A program made the translations under genes and the position numbers. A stretch of DNA of 64,000 nt, from contig NC_067403.1 of the NCBI RefSeq assembly GCF_016432865.1, positions 203,670,001 through 203,734,000 of the forward strand, written 5' to 3'. Positions 51,661 to 64,000 of the stretch are shown here, in pieces (position 1 is the first letter of the stretch; each line of letters begins with the position of its first letter). The stretch is from Antechinus flavipes (Eukaryota). Below the pieces are notes generated by a model, which worked only from the letters and a program-made list of their open reading frames with translations, was not told the DNA's origin and did not search any database.

Positions 51661-54600
51661 GAGGAGATGGAGTCAAGATGGCAGAGTAAAGGCAGGAACT
51701 TGCCCAAACTCACCCCCAAATTGCTCCAAATTCCTTTAAATAATGACTAAACAAATTTTAGAATATCATAACACCTAAAAAGATGGAGTAGAACATTTTC
51801 CAGCTGAAGGCAACAGCTCAACAGAAAAGATCCGTGGCAACAGGGTTGAGAGTCCAGCATGCAGACCCAGTGCAGGCCACAGCAGCACAGGCCCTGGCCC
51901 CACCCAGACCCCAGTCCAGACCCAGCCCTGGTCCAGCCCATGTCAACTAAGCAGGATCTCTGAATCAGCAGCAGTGTTGGAGGCCTCCAGACTTCTCAGC
52001 CCAGAAACACCAAAGAGGGCTTGGAAGATCACCAGAAAGGGTCTGTGCCAACAGGTTGGAGCCCAGCATGCAGTTCTATCACAGGCTGTACCAGAGCAAC
52101 CCTAGGCCCATCCCCAGCTCCAGCCTCAGGGTCAGCAAGGCAGGACCTCTGAATTGGCAGTGTTGGAGGCTTCTGGACCTCTCAGCAGGAACACCAGGGA
52201 AGACTTGGAAGGTCACCAGAGAGGGTCTGTGACAGCAGAGTGGGATTTGGGCATGCAATCCCTGTGAAGGCACAGCCCCTGCCCTGGCCCTGGCTCCAGC
52301 ATCAGCAGAGCAGACTTCTGTTGCTTTAGCATCCTAGCTCTTACAGCTACAGTAGGGCTGGGAAACTCTTGACAATTCTAAGGCACAAAAGAGTGCTTGT
52401 GGTTAAGTCGCTAGAAGGATTTCTGAAAACAGCTGCACATCCCTGAAGCTTGGAACAGTGTACCCTCTGGAAACAGAGCCCTGTTTTTTAAAAGTTAAAA
52501 TAGGCTAGGAAAATAGACAACAAAAAAATGTTTTTGACTGTAGAAAGTTATTATGGTGACAAGAAAGTTCAAAACATACTCAGATGATAATAAAGTAAGA
52601 ACTGGGCTCAGGCCATGAAAAAAGCTCAAAGGGGATTTTGAAAATCAAGTAAGAGGGAGAGCAGAAAAATTAGGAAGAGAATTGTGAATGGCCCAAAAGA
52701 AAATACAAAAAGCTAATGAGGAGAAGAATGCCTTAAAAAGCAAAACTGGCTAAGTGAAGGGGAAAAGTATAAAAGCTCATTGAGGAAAATAATTCCATAA
52801 AAACTAGAACTGAGCATTGAAGCTAATGACTTTACAATAAAGCAAAACCAAAAATAAAGGGGAAAAAATTTTAAAACTGAAATATCTCATTGGAAAAACA
52901 ACTGACCTGGAGAATAGATCCAACAGAGAATTTAAAAAGTATTGGTCTACCTGAAATTAGATATCATATTTCAAGAAATTATCAAGTTATCCTGATATTC
53001 TAGGATAAAAGGGTAACAGAAATTGAAAAATATCCACTGATCACCTCCTCAAAGATATCCTAAAAGAAAAACTCCCAGGAATATTATAGACAGATATCAG
53101 AACTCCAAGATCAAAGAGAAAATATTGCAAGCATCCAGAAAGAAACAATTCAAGTATAATGGAAATGCAGGCAGGAAAACACAAGATTTAGCAACTTCTA
53201 CAATTGGAGAATGGAATATGATATTTCACAGAACAAAGGAGCTAGGATTACCACCAAGAATCATCCACCCTGGAAAAACTGAGTATAATATTTAAAAAGA
53301 AAAGGTAGAAATTCAATGAAATAAAGGATTTTAAACATTTGTGATGAAAAGACCAGAGATGGAAAATTTGATTTTCAGATATAGGACTCTGGAGAAGCAT
53401 AAGGAGATGATCAGGACAGTGATATCATAAGGGACTTTATAAAGTTTATCTGGTTATATTCCTACATAGGAGGATTATAACTAGTAACTTATTAGACCTT
53501 TCTCATTATGGCAGTTTGAAGGAATATATAAATAGGGCACCAGTGTGAGTTAAATATGAAAGGATAATATCTTGTGAAATATAGGAAGAAAGAGGAAAAT
53601 ATTGGGAGAAAGGGAGAGAAGTGAAATGGTTTTAATTACTTGCCATAACAAAGAGAGAAGGAAAAGCTTTTACAGTGGAGGGGAAGAAGAAGAGAGGGCT
53701 AAATGAGTGAACTTAACTCTCATCAGAACTGGCTTAAAGAGAAAATGACATGCACATTCAATATGGATATAGAAATCTATCTTGCCCTACAGGATAATAG
53801 GAGGGAAATGGGATACAGAAAGTGGAGAGGATGATAAAAGAGAGGACATATTAGGGGAGGGAGTGGTTAACAGCAAATTGCTTTTAAGAATGGGCCGGGA
53901 GAAAGAAGAGAGAAAACAGAATTAATGGGGGGAAATGCAGTTAGCAATAGTAATTGTAAAAAGCATTTTGAAGCAAGGTTCTCTGATAAGGCCTTATCTC
54001 TTAAACATAGAGAGCAAATTAGTAAAATTTAGTAAAATAAGAGCCATGTTCCAACTGATAAAAGATCAAAAGATGAGATCTATGCCCAAAGGGCTATAAA
54101 TTCAGGCCAAATCCTTTGACCTAATAATACCACTATTTGGCATGAATACCAAGATATTTTTAAAAGGGTGGGGGAAGTGACCTATATGTACAAAAAAGTT
54201 TGCAACAGCTCTCTTCTAAAGCAAAGAATTGGAAAATAAGGGCATGCCCATCAATTGGGAAGTGACTGAAAAAATTATGATATATGATTGTCATGGAATA
54301 TCATTGTTCTATGGGAAATGATGAGCAGAATGTTCTTAGAGGAAAAAACCCAGAAAGTCCTCCATGAACTCAAGCAAAGTGAAATGTACTGTGTACAAAG
54401 TAATAGCAATGTCCTGGGATGACCAGTTGCAAATGACTTTGCTATTCTCAGCAGTACAATAATCCAGGACTACTTTGAAGTATTTATGATAAAAAAATGC
54501 TTTGAATACCCAGAGAAGAAATTTGATTGTGTCTGAATACAGGTTGAATCATTCTCTCTCTTTTAAACTTTGTTTTTCATGAAGGCCTTTTTTTATTGGG

Positions 54601-54698
54601 GTAGAAGATCTATATTTTCTTTCACAACATGATTTTTATGGAAATGTTTTTGCATAACTTCAATTCAACAAATATCAAATAAGAATTTTTTTTTAAAT
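51661..54698 (+). mobile_element. Near full-length ORF2-deleted L1 (HAL1-like) with a monomer-repeat 5'UTR
   Basis: Starts ggagtcaagatggcagagtaaagg. About 2.5 GC-rich monomers of 190-210 bp (51835-52320). ORF1 remnant (ligkttdlenrs at about 52890), inter-ORF region, ORF2 start fused to the C-terminal sdkgl region (about 53960-53990), then 3'UTR. TSD degraded. Confidence 0.8.
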
Positions 54699-55142
54699 CT
54701 GGGATTACCTCATCACAATTGTGGTTATAGCAGTGTTGATTAGGTGAAAAAATTGTTCCTCATCATCTCACCAGATTAATTATGATCAGGCCATAACTGA
54801 TTACACATATACAAAACTGAAAGAGCAACTATGAAAGTCAGTTTAATAGAAATCACAGATCTTGGAGCAAAGGTAGTATTTATAGTGAGGTCAATCATCC
54901 ACATGTAGAAGCAGTATTGACAATCTTTTCAAGGTTTCTAATAAAATATCATGGACTATAAGAACATTTATGATATATGAGACAGATTTGCCATAGGATA
55001 GTTGATAGATGTTGTGAGTCAATTGAGGGCCCCAAATAAGGAAATAAAGATCATTTACTCTCTGGTCATGAAAGGGAAAAGTACTAGAGCTTGATAAGAT
55101 GATTTAGTCTTGCCCCTTCTGCCTCTGAAACAGAGAATCTAG

Positions 55143-55339
55143 GTTCTGCAAACATATATTGTATCTAGGATATACTGCAACATATCTAACATATATAGGA
55201 CTGCTTGCCATCTAGAGGAGGGGGTGGAGGGAGAGAGGGGAAAAATCGGAACAGAAGCGAGTGCAAGGGATAATATTGTAAAAAAATTACCCTGGCATGG
55301 ATTCTGTCAATATAAAGTTATTATTAAATTAAAAAAAAA
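55143..55339 (+). mobile_element. Young 5'-truncated L1 3' end (about 197 bp) with poly(A)
   Basis: Perfect 15-bp TSD AAACAGAGAATCTAG (55128-55142 and 55340-55354), G-rich 3'UTR tract and A12 tail. Confidence 0.9.
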
Positions 55340-55400
55340 AAACAGAGAATCTAGAAAGGATTTCCTTGCAAAATTTTCCAGGTATATTAACTTATTTGAA

Positions 55401-55955
55401 TGGGACCAGATGAAGATTTCTCAAAAAGTCTATGAGATGGAGTGGGTCAGACCCTAGCTCTAAGTTTCAGGAAGTCATATTATCTCTATTCTCAGGGGTC
55501 TGTAGGGCAGAAAAGGTCAGACCCTAGGTCTAAGCTTCAGGAAGTTATATGACCCACAGGAAGTAAACAGCATTCCTGACCATTGGTCAATGGTTACTTC
55601 CTTTTCAGTACATCCAATGAACCCAAGTCTTTTGCTATTTAACCAAATTCACTAATTCTGGCTCGCTAGGTCAGGTACAATGCTGGGAGATGGGAGCTGA
55701 AAGGCTCCTTATCTGCCTGGCTGGTATGTTTGGACTTCTCCTCACAAGGAGCGAAGAAATGTTTCTTTGTATTTGAAGACATGCAAGTGAATTGGAAGTG
55801 AGGGAGGGCTGGGCAAGGACACCTGTTACATTTTCTCCTCCAAGTTCTTGTTAAGTCAGAACAAAATTATTCACTAAAAGGACCCAAACATACATGCCAG
55901 GACCCAAACTATATCTTCTCGGTAAATATAATCGATGATGAGTGGTTAAATGACA
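55401..55955. mobile_element. Putative solo LTR with an enhancer-like 36-bp direct repeat
   Basis: TG...CA ends with flanks tttgaa/ttggaa. ggtcagaccctag..ctaag..tcaggaagt.atat occurs twice (about 55446 and 55516), with CCAAT-like and GGAA motifs. Absent from the other cassettes. Confidence 0.55.
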
Positions 55956-57874
55956 TTGGAACACCAGAGACTACATAAAATAATGGTTTGAGGGACACAT
56001 TAATTGGTACTGGACTTTGATGCTGGGAAAACACATTGAAATAGGAACAAGTTAATAGTATTAGAAAATGCAATATAATCCTTAAGGTTATCCTGAGAAT
56101 CCTGTGATAAGATATAGATAGCCTTACTCTGTGGGTCCTGACTCATTAGTTTCTTTGTGAGAGTTACGATAAATACCCCAAAAACCCATATGAATTGTAC
56201 ACTACTATAAAAAAAAATTATAAAGAAAAGAGAGAAAGAGGAACTAAGATTGTCAGATTTCAAATTATTATATGAAGTTGATTATTATCATATTATACTA
56301 AATAATCACTATTTCCCAAATGATGTCTTTTTGGTAAAAAATAGAACTATATCACAGAATAGACAATGCAGAATTATAATCAAAGTTAAATATTAAACTA
56401 AAAGTTAAAAAGTGCTAGGAAAAAATGAAGATTACAAACCTAAAAGGAAAGGTAATCACTTTTAAGTAGTGCATTATGTGTACCAGAAAGTCAAATCGAA
56501 ATTTGGGCTGAATTAAAAGGAACATAGAATCCAAAATTAGGAAACTTATAATTTCACTGATTCCTGCTGTGATAAGACCAGATATGGAATACCATGTTAA
56601 GGTGTGGCCTCCCTGTTTTAAGAAAACATTGAAAATAAGGGGGAGATAGTCATATCCCTAGCCAAGATGGTATTCAGTCAACAAGGATTTTCAGGGTTTA
56701 TCATGTACCAGGTTCTATGTTATAACTTGGAATACAAAGAAAAAAAACCAGTGTAAGTCTTCCAGGAATTCACATTCTATTGGGAAAGACACCAGGTTAA
56801 TATTATCAGATACATACAAATTAAAGGCAGAGTAGTTGGAAGGTCATCTTAGAAAGGAAGCTCCTATTAGCTTCAGAATCTCAAAAAGATTTCTTGCACA
56901 AAGTGGCATTTGAACTGTCCTGTGGCAATCCCAGGAAATCAAATCCCAGAAATGGGAGAGTAAAGTATTTCAGATCTGTGAGATAACCAGTGTAAAGAAT
57001 CAAACGATGGAGTGTCCTGTGTGGGGAAAGGCAGATAGTTCACTATAGCTAGCTTGGACCTTGTGTGGATGGGAGTAAAGTATAAGTCTAAATAGGTAAG
57101 AAGGGGTCAGGTTGAGGAGTTTTTTTTTTTTTAAATAAATGACTCTTTAAAAAAATTTATGCTTTCTTCTAGCATTTCTCCCTCCTCACCCCTCACAAAG
57201 AGCTAGCCCACAGGAAAAAAGAATACATTTTTCAGATGTGCTGTGCCATAAAGTGGGTCATTGATAAAAGGAAAGTTCTCACATACACCTAAATATTAAT
57301 AGCACCATTTTTGTGGTAGAAAGGAACTAGAAACAAAGCAGACAGCAAGTGACTGGGGAAGGCTAAACGAATATAATAGAATATGATTGTGCTATAAGAA
57401 ATAATAAATATAATTAATATAAGAACAAAAAATTTATATGATCTTACAAAGTAATGATAATAGAGCCAAGAATACACCTCACACAATGAACATAATAATG
57501 TAAAGTGAAACAACAATCCTCCATTCAACAGAAAATGAATCTTGCAAGATTCCAAAAAAATAATTGTGGACCCAAAGAAGAACAATAAGCCCCTTCTTTA
57601 AACACTCTTTTTGGAGGTGGCAGATCCATGTTTATAGAAGGTGAATGTATTTTAAGATCTTTGCAACCAATGTTTAAATTTACAAATTTAATGCATCAAA
57701 ATGAAAATATATCTTTTCTAAAGCTTAATTATTGTAATCACTTAATCCTAACCATTATATCCAAAGAATATTAAACCCTTAAAGTAAGGGAATTTTTCAT
57801 TTTCCCCTTGCATACCCAAAACATATTATATTGCCTAGGACATAGTATGTATTTGATAAACAGTTGTATTGAGT

Positions 57875-58813
57875 TCATGAAAAGCAATGGTTCCTATTCA
57901 TCAGTTTTTTCAGGGCCCCTTTCACTTCATTATTCCTTAGACTGTAGATCAAAGGGTTCAACATGGGGATCAATACAATGTAGAAAACAGACACCACTTT
58001 ATTCTGATCTGTTGAGTAGCTGGACTTAGGCATCACATAAATGAATGTAATGGTGCCATAGAAGAGAATAACTGCTGTGAGGTGGGAAGTACAAGTTGAG
58101 AAAGCTTTGGATCTTCCCTCAGTGGATTTTATCTTCAGGACAGAGAAAAGGATGTATACATAAGAGACCGTGATAATTAGCACTGTGATCAAAATTATTG
58201 ACCCAGCAGAGGAAGCAGGAAGAATTTCAGCGAGATCATCTTGGTAGTTAGAAAGTTTCAAAAGTGGTGCATAATCACAAAAAAAGTGATTGATCTTATT
58301 GGATTGACAGAAGGACCGATTCAATAAGCAGCCAATGAAAATCCAAGAATTCACAGAACCACCCATATAGGATGCTATGAGTAACAGAGTGCAAACCTTA
58401 GGGGACATGTTGGTGGAGTAGAGTAGGGGGTTACAGATGGCCACATACCGATCATAAGCCATCACAGCCAGCAGGAAGCACTCAGCTGTCCCATAAATGA
58501 CTCCAAAGCACAACTGGGTCACACAGCCTCCAAGAGGGATTATGGTTCTGTCTACAACAAAGCTCTTGAGCATAATAGGTGTGACAGATGAGGAATATCC
58601 TATATCCACAAATGCCAAGTGGCTGAGGAAAAGGTACATTGGAGTGTGAAGTTGGGAGCTATTTTTGATCAATATGATTATGCTAAGGTTACTGACTAAG
58701 GTGACAGCATAGACACTGAGAAATATCACAAAGAGGATGACACGAAGGGTTGGATCATCTGTTAATCCCAAAATAATGAATTCAGTTACAGCAGTGCAGT
58801 TATTGCCAGACAT
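57875..58813 (-). CDS. Olfactory receptor (OR5P-like), copy 6 (OR-6), 312 aa
   Basis: Intact ORF with the canonical OR motifs. Confidence 0.96.
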   Translation of the reverse strand: MSGNNCTAVTEFIILGLTDDPTLRVILFVIFLSVYAVTLVSNLSIIILIKNSSQLHTPMYLFLSHLAFVDIGYSSSVTPIMLKSFVVDRTIIPLGGCVTQLCFGVIYGTAECFLLAVMAYDRYVAICNPLLYSTNMSPKVCTLLLIASYMGGSVNSWIFIGCLLNRSFCQSNKINHFFCDYAPLLKLSNYQDDLAEILPASSAGSIILITVLIITVSYVYILFSVLKIKSTEGRSKAFSTCTSHLTAVILFYGTITFIYVMPKSSYSTDQNKVVSVFYIVLIPMLNPLIYSLRNNEVKGALKKLMNRNHCFS

Positions 58814-59187
58814 CTGTCTTGGAAAGTATGCCTATTAGACAGAAGAGAAGGAGATTAAAATAAAAATACAGAGTTAAATCTTAGATATGTTTATTAATGT
58901 ATTCAGGAAACATTCACTGGCCACCTGTTATGTTACTATCTTATTTTCATCTGTTGCTCCTATGCATTATGGCAGGGTGCCTGTGAAGAAAGCAGATGTG
59001 AATATATTTGTTGCCTCCAAATTTTTTAGCCATTATATCTAAAGCCCATATATGATTTGCCAGTTTTGTCACTGAAAATGTGGAAAAGTGTGTAGTAATG
59101 AAGAGGATTGTTTAATCACATCATAGGGATCTTTCTTAAATATATGCAGAGACTATATCCAAAATGTTCTGCCAAGTAACCACCACT

Positions 59188-60823
59188 TTTTTCCTCACTT
59201 GATGGCACTTTGTTTTTTTCAATGAAATTTGAAGATACGGTTTCAACCTTCACTTTTATGTGACTTTGAGTTCCAATTTTTTTCTCCTTTCTCTGGCTCC
59301 TTTCTAAGATCACAAACAATCTGATATAGATTATACATGTACATTCATATTACATTCACATTAATCATATTGTGAAAAAAGAATCAGAACAAAAAGGGGA
59401 AAGCATAAAAAAGTGAAAAAGTATGCTTCAATCTATGTTCAGTCTCCAATGTTCTTTCTCTGGATTTAGTTAGCATTTTCCATCATGAGTCTTTTGTAAT
59501 TATCTTAGATCATAGTGTTGCTAAGGAGAGCTAAGTCTATCAAAATTGATCATTGCAAAATGTTGCCGATGCCATGCCAAAGTCCTCCTTATTGTGCTCA
59601 CTTCCCTCAGCATTAGTTCATCTAAGTCTTTCCAGATTTTTTCTGGAATCCTCCTGTTCATTATTTCTTATAGCCCAGTAATATTCCATTATAATCATAT
59701 ACTTCAATTTGTTCATCCATTTCCCAGTGGATAGGCATCCCCTCAATTTCCAATTCTTTGTCACCACAAAAAGAGCTGCTACAAATATTTTTGTACATGA
59801 GTATCCTTTAACCTTTTTATGCTCTTTGGAATACAGAACTAGAAATGGTATTGCTGTATCAAAGCATATGCACAATTTTATTTTATAGCACAATATAGAA
59901 TTTTATAGCACTTTGAGCATAGTTCCAAATTACTCTCCAGAATTTTATCACTATTTTAAAATTTTTAATAGCTTTTTATTTTTCCAAATACATACACAGA
60001 TAGTTTTCAACATCCACTTTTGTAAAACCTTGCATTCCAAATTTTTCCCCCTACTTTCCTCCTTCCTCTCTAAGACAGCAAACAAACCAAATATAGGCTA
60101 AACATGTGCAATTCTTCTAAACATATATCCATATTCATTATGCTGAACAAGAAAAATCAGATCAAAAGGTGAAAGAAAAAACAGGATTTTAAAAAAAAAC
60201 CAAGCAAACCACCACCACCAACAAAAGATGAAAATACTTATGCCTTGACCCACATTCAGTCTCCCTAGTTCTCTCTCTGGATACAAATGATTCTTTCCAT
60301 CACAAGTCAATTGAAATTGCCTTAAATAGCCACATTATTGAAAAGAGCCAAGTCCATCACAGTTAATCACATAGTCTTGTTGCTGTATACAACGTTCTCT
60401 TGGTTCTACTCCATTTAGCATCATTTTATATAAGTCTTTTCAGACTTTTCTGAAATCAGCCTTGCTCATTATTTCTCATAGACCAATAATATTCCATTAT
60501 ATTTATATCCCATAATTTATTCAGCTATTCCACAGCTGATCAGCATCCACTCAGTTTCCAGTTCTTTGCCACCACAAAAAGGACTGTTACAAACATTTTT
60601 GCACATGTGGCTCTTTTTACCTCTTTTTAAATGATCTCTTTGGGATACTGCTAGATCAAAGGGCAAACACAGTTTGATAGCCCTTTGGGCATAGTTCCAA
60701 ATTGCTCTCCAGAATGGTTCAGTTCATAACTTCACTAGCAATGCATTAGCATTCCAGTTTTCCCATAACCTCTCCAACATTTATCATTATCTTTTCCTGT
60801 CATCTTAGCCAATCTGAGAGGTT
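59188..60823 (-). mobile_element. Compound insertion of two L1 3' ends upstream of OR-6
   Basis: Two antisense L1 3'UTR segments (about 59190-59950 and 59960-60820), flanked by caccac. Interrupts sequence that is contiguous in the OR-5 cassette (about 47205-47235). Confidence 0.75.
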
Positions 60824-61205
60824 CACCACCATTGTTAATCCCTTTGGAAGAGTTTGCTAGATGTTCCCCCCCCTCACACTTCCCACAGCTGAAGATAGTA
60901 TTCACTTGATACTAATTGAGTAAAAAGAAAGTCCTGTGTTCTAAATCACCAGAGAGGAGGAATAGAGAATTTCAATTGTGAATCTTCTCATTATATTTTG
61001 ATCCTAAAACTTGGAATTTCTGCCAAGAGCTATTATTAAACCAGACATTAATAGCCTAAAGGACTATGAAAAATTTCCCATGGAAATGCTGCTGTTTCAA
61101 GATAAAACAATGGAAGACTTTTGCTCAATCTGCTGTGACCTCTTTCTGTTTGACTAGTGAATCCTTCAATTATAGAATAGCGAAGTAAATTCTGATATAG
61201 GAAAG

Positions 61206-61741
61206 TGTAATGTTCTGGCTAGCTCTCTGGAGGTCCTCCGAATGGGCCTTGGTTTCAGTAGAATAAACACCACAAGAATAGTCAGGGATAAAGTCCAAAG
61301 TCTTTATTATCTCCTTCACAGTCTGTCTCCTTCACCTGGGGCCAGGCTAGCTTTCTGGGGGACCTTCATATGGGCCTCGGTCTCAGTGGAGAAGTGAAGG
61401 AGTACAGGCCAGCCACCACAAGAGTCTTTTATTTTAGAGTCTGTCCTCCAGCCTCCAATCCTCTATCTTCTCTATCTCTCTCTGAGTCTATCTCTAGGTC
61501 TGACTCTGACCTCTTAAATATTCTAATATTCTTTAAATATTCTATTACAATTAAATTCATTCATTATACTGAGTATAAGCCAATCATTGTATCACTAGGG
61601 AACCATTATTTGTTGTAAGATTAATTCAATTCAAACTAGAGAATTATCAATAACAATTGTCTTATCAAATCCACCAAGTTAACATCTTGTTATAAGAATC
61701 CTTGCCTCGAGTATATTTCTCCAGAGTTCTGGCCCATTACA
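61206..61741 (-). mobile_element. Solo ERV LTR (536 bp)
   Basis: Perfect terminal inverted repeat TGTAATG...CATTACA, perfect 6-bp TSD GGAAAG (61200-61205 and 61742-61747), minus-strand AATAAA and an internal about 40-bp direct repeat. Empty site in the OR-5 cassette at about 47625. Confidence 0.9.
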
Positions 61742-64000
61742 GGAAAGTAATGACAATTTTATGTACCATGAGAAATGATGAATAACACTGCTTTGGAATA
61801 ATATGAAAACATTTTAAGTAACTGGTGCAAAGTAAAACTCAGTAAAACTGGAATAACAAGTTATATGATGACCACAATAATTGAGAACTTTTTTGAATTT
61901 TTTGAAATTTTGAAATACCTCAGAACTTGTACAAAATAGTGACAAATCATACCATCATAAAAAGGATGAGGAAATACTATATACCACTTCTTTGTATAAA
62001 AGTGATGAGCTAAGGTACAGAATGAGGCATGGATTCTCAGAAATGATGAATCTTTTGATTTGGTTCCCTTGGCTATAGAAAACTCTTACAAAAGAGAGCT
62101 TCCAGTGAATGGAAAAAGAAGTAACTAACTGGGTAGTGATAGACAAAGAGTATATGAAAAGAACAAGAACAAAACATTTTCAAAACGCAAAAGAGAAAAA
62201 AGGACAATTTTACATGTATGTGTCCACAAATATTGTATTTCTTTTAAAGACCAAACTATTTTGAACTTTTCACATTTATTAATACTTGTTAAGTTCCACA
62301 GGAAAGAAATTGTCCTAAATATTACTTTTTCTTAAATGTTCTTTGTACTTCCAATTCTAAACTCATTTTCTTCTCTTCTCATCTAGCAAAAAATGACATA
62401 AAATATTAAGAAAGTGTTTAGCTGAGAGAAGAATTCACTACAACACTCATTTGTGAATCTATAGATTTTAACTCTATGACTGCAAGAAAAGAGTACCTTA
62501 ACTAAATAAAATTTTATAGTGTGATGAGACAATTTTTCATTATCTTCTCCCTCAGATTTCTCTCTCAAGAGGAGACTTTTTAAGACAAAAGAAAAGCTGT
62601 CCTTATGTGATTCCTTTTCTTTCCTCTGTCATGATTCATTATTCCTCAATATCATCCTATGGTCTTTGCTCAAATCTCTGCAAAAGTGATTTCAAACTCA
62701 AGTTCAAAAGATAAATCATCTTGTTCCCAGTGTTCAATCTAATATCACCTATCTACATAATTTCTTATTTCTATTGAATGTCACACTTTACTTCTAAGAA
62801 GCCTCATTTGTGATCCTGAAATCAACCTGTGTTCCTCTATTTTCTATTTCCTAACAGGTCAGCTACCAAGTCTTGCCACTGCTCCAACTAAAACATATCC
62901 ACTACCATATCCATTTATGTTCACTTAAAAAGCCACCATCCTAATTCAGATTTTCATCTTCTCTCCTTTGTATTATTATAGAAGCCTCTTAATTGGAAGT
63001 TCAGTCTATTCTTCCTGAAAATTATCCTCTAAAAACCCACAGAAATGTTCTTCCTAAAGCACATGGCTAATCATGATACTTGCTTAGTCATGAATAAATC
63101 CCTTATTGTCTTCAGGACAAAATAACAATTTTTCATCTTAATATTTAGAGTTTGGGACAATCTGAATCCATCTTGGTTCTTTAGATTTATTTCATTTTAC
63201 TATCAGGCAGGTACTCTTTATTCCAGCCCAACTGGTCTATTACCTGTTCCCCAGACTCAGAATTCTATCCTCATTTGTCTTCCTGCACAGGTAATCTTCC
63301 ATGCTCCAAAAGTCCTACCTCATTTCTGCTTAGAATCTCAAGCTTCCTTTATGATTCAATGACTGGTTTTCCTTGTTTCTAATACTCTGTTCCTCCTCAG
63401 TTTATGTTGTATTTATTTATGTTAATACTTTATCCTTTTGTTTCAAGTAGCATACAAGCTCCCTGGCATTAAGCCCTCTTTTGCTTTTTTGTTTGTTAAC
63501 TTTTCTATCTGAAAAACTTTGGACAAGGCTCTTTGCAGAGTGAACACAAAAGAAATATTAGTTGAATATAAGACACCAACTCCCTTTTGAAAATCTTAAA
63601 TCTCATTTATATTGATAACATAATCATAAACAGATTACAGGAATTCTAATAACTCAGTTTCACAATTTAAATTTTATAAATTACCTTCTTCCCACAATTT
63701 TTAAGGGGAAAATATTGTTAGCTTTATTTTACAGATAAGGTAACTGATGATTCCAGAGATGCAATCACTTACCCACAATCACAGTAATAGCTTGTAACGC
63801 TTAGATGTGGGATTCAAACACATTCCCCTGACTTCAAGTTGATCAGTGAAATTCCTCCAGCTAAAGTCTCAATCTGAGAAATGGAAAAATAATACATGAA
63901 ACAAATGTACCTATATATATACAGAGAGAGCTCATCTAATCATATTCTATCATGTAATTACTGTTTGTAATGATATTTCAAGATGTATGAAATGACCTAT

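Noticed and set aside
51835-52320. Repeat array resembling a CRISPR or a novel repeat system
   Set aside because: Degenerate L1 5'UTR monomers of about 200 bp with no unique spacers; eukaryotic context.
1-64000. A novel multi-gene biological system
   Set aside because: All long ORFs are explained by ORs or L1, and the remaining structure by duplication and known TE classes.

Overview
AT-rich, CpG-poor mammalian DNA, almost certainly marsupial (Mar1/WSINE-like CORE-SINEs, marsupial-type L1 ends; possibly a dasyurid, which is inference). The window is a tandem olfactory-receptor cluster with six intact single-exon class II OR ORFs (312-317 aa), all on the minus strand and closest to the OR5P subfamily. 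Each gene sits in a 9-13 kb duplicated cassette carrying the same ancient L3/L2/MIR relics and the same upstream non-coding block. Younger L1, ORF2-deleted L1 (HAL1-like), solo LTR and SINE insertions are specific to individual cassettes, and several can be delimited to the base using target-site duplications and empty sites in paralogous cassettes. I found no new biological system. The most interesting points are: clade-wide loss of the conserved ECL2 Cys189 together with extra ECL2 N-glycosylation sequons; a DRY->DQY paralog; a retroelement inserted exactly at the stop codon of two genes; a tail-less L1 fragment with a TSD inside a solo LTR; a probably chimeric OR; a new out-of-frame uATG; and a mappable tandem-duplication breakpoint. 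All comparisons were made by eye. No database searches were run, and repeat family names come from recalled consensus features.
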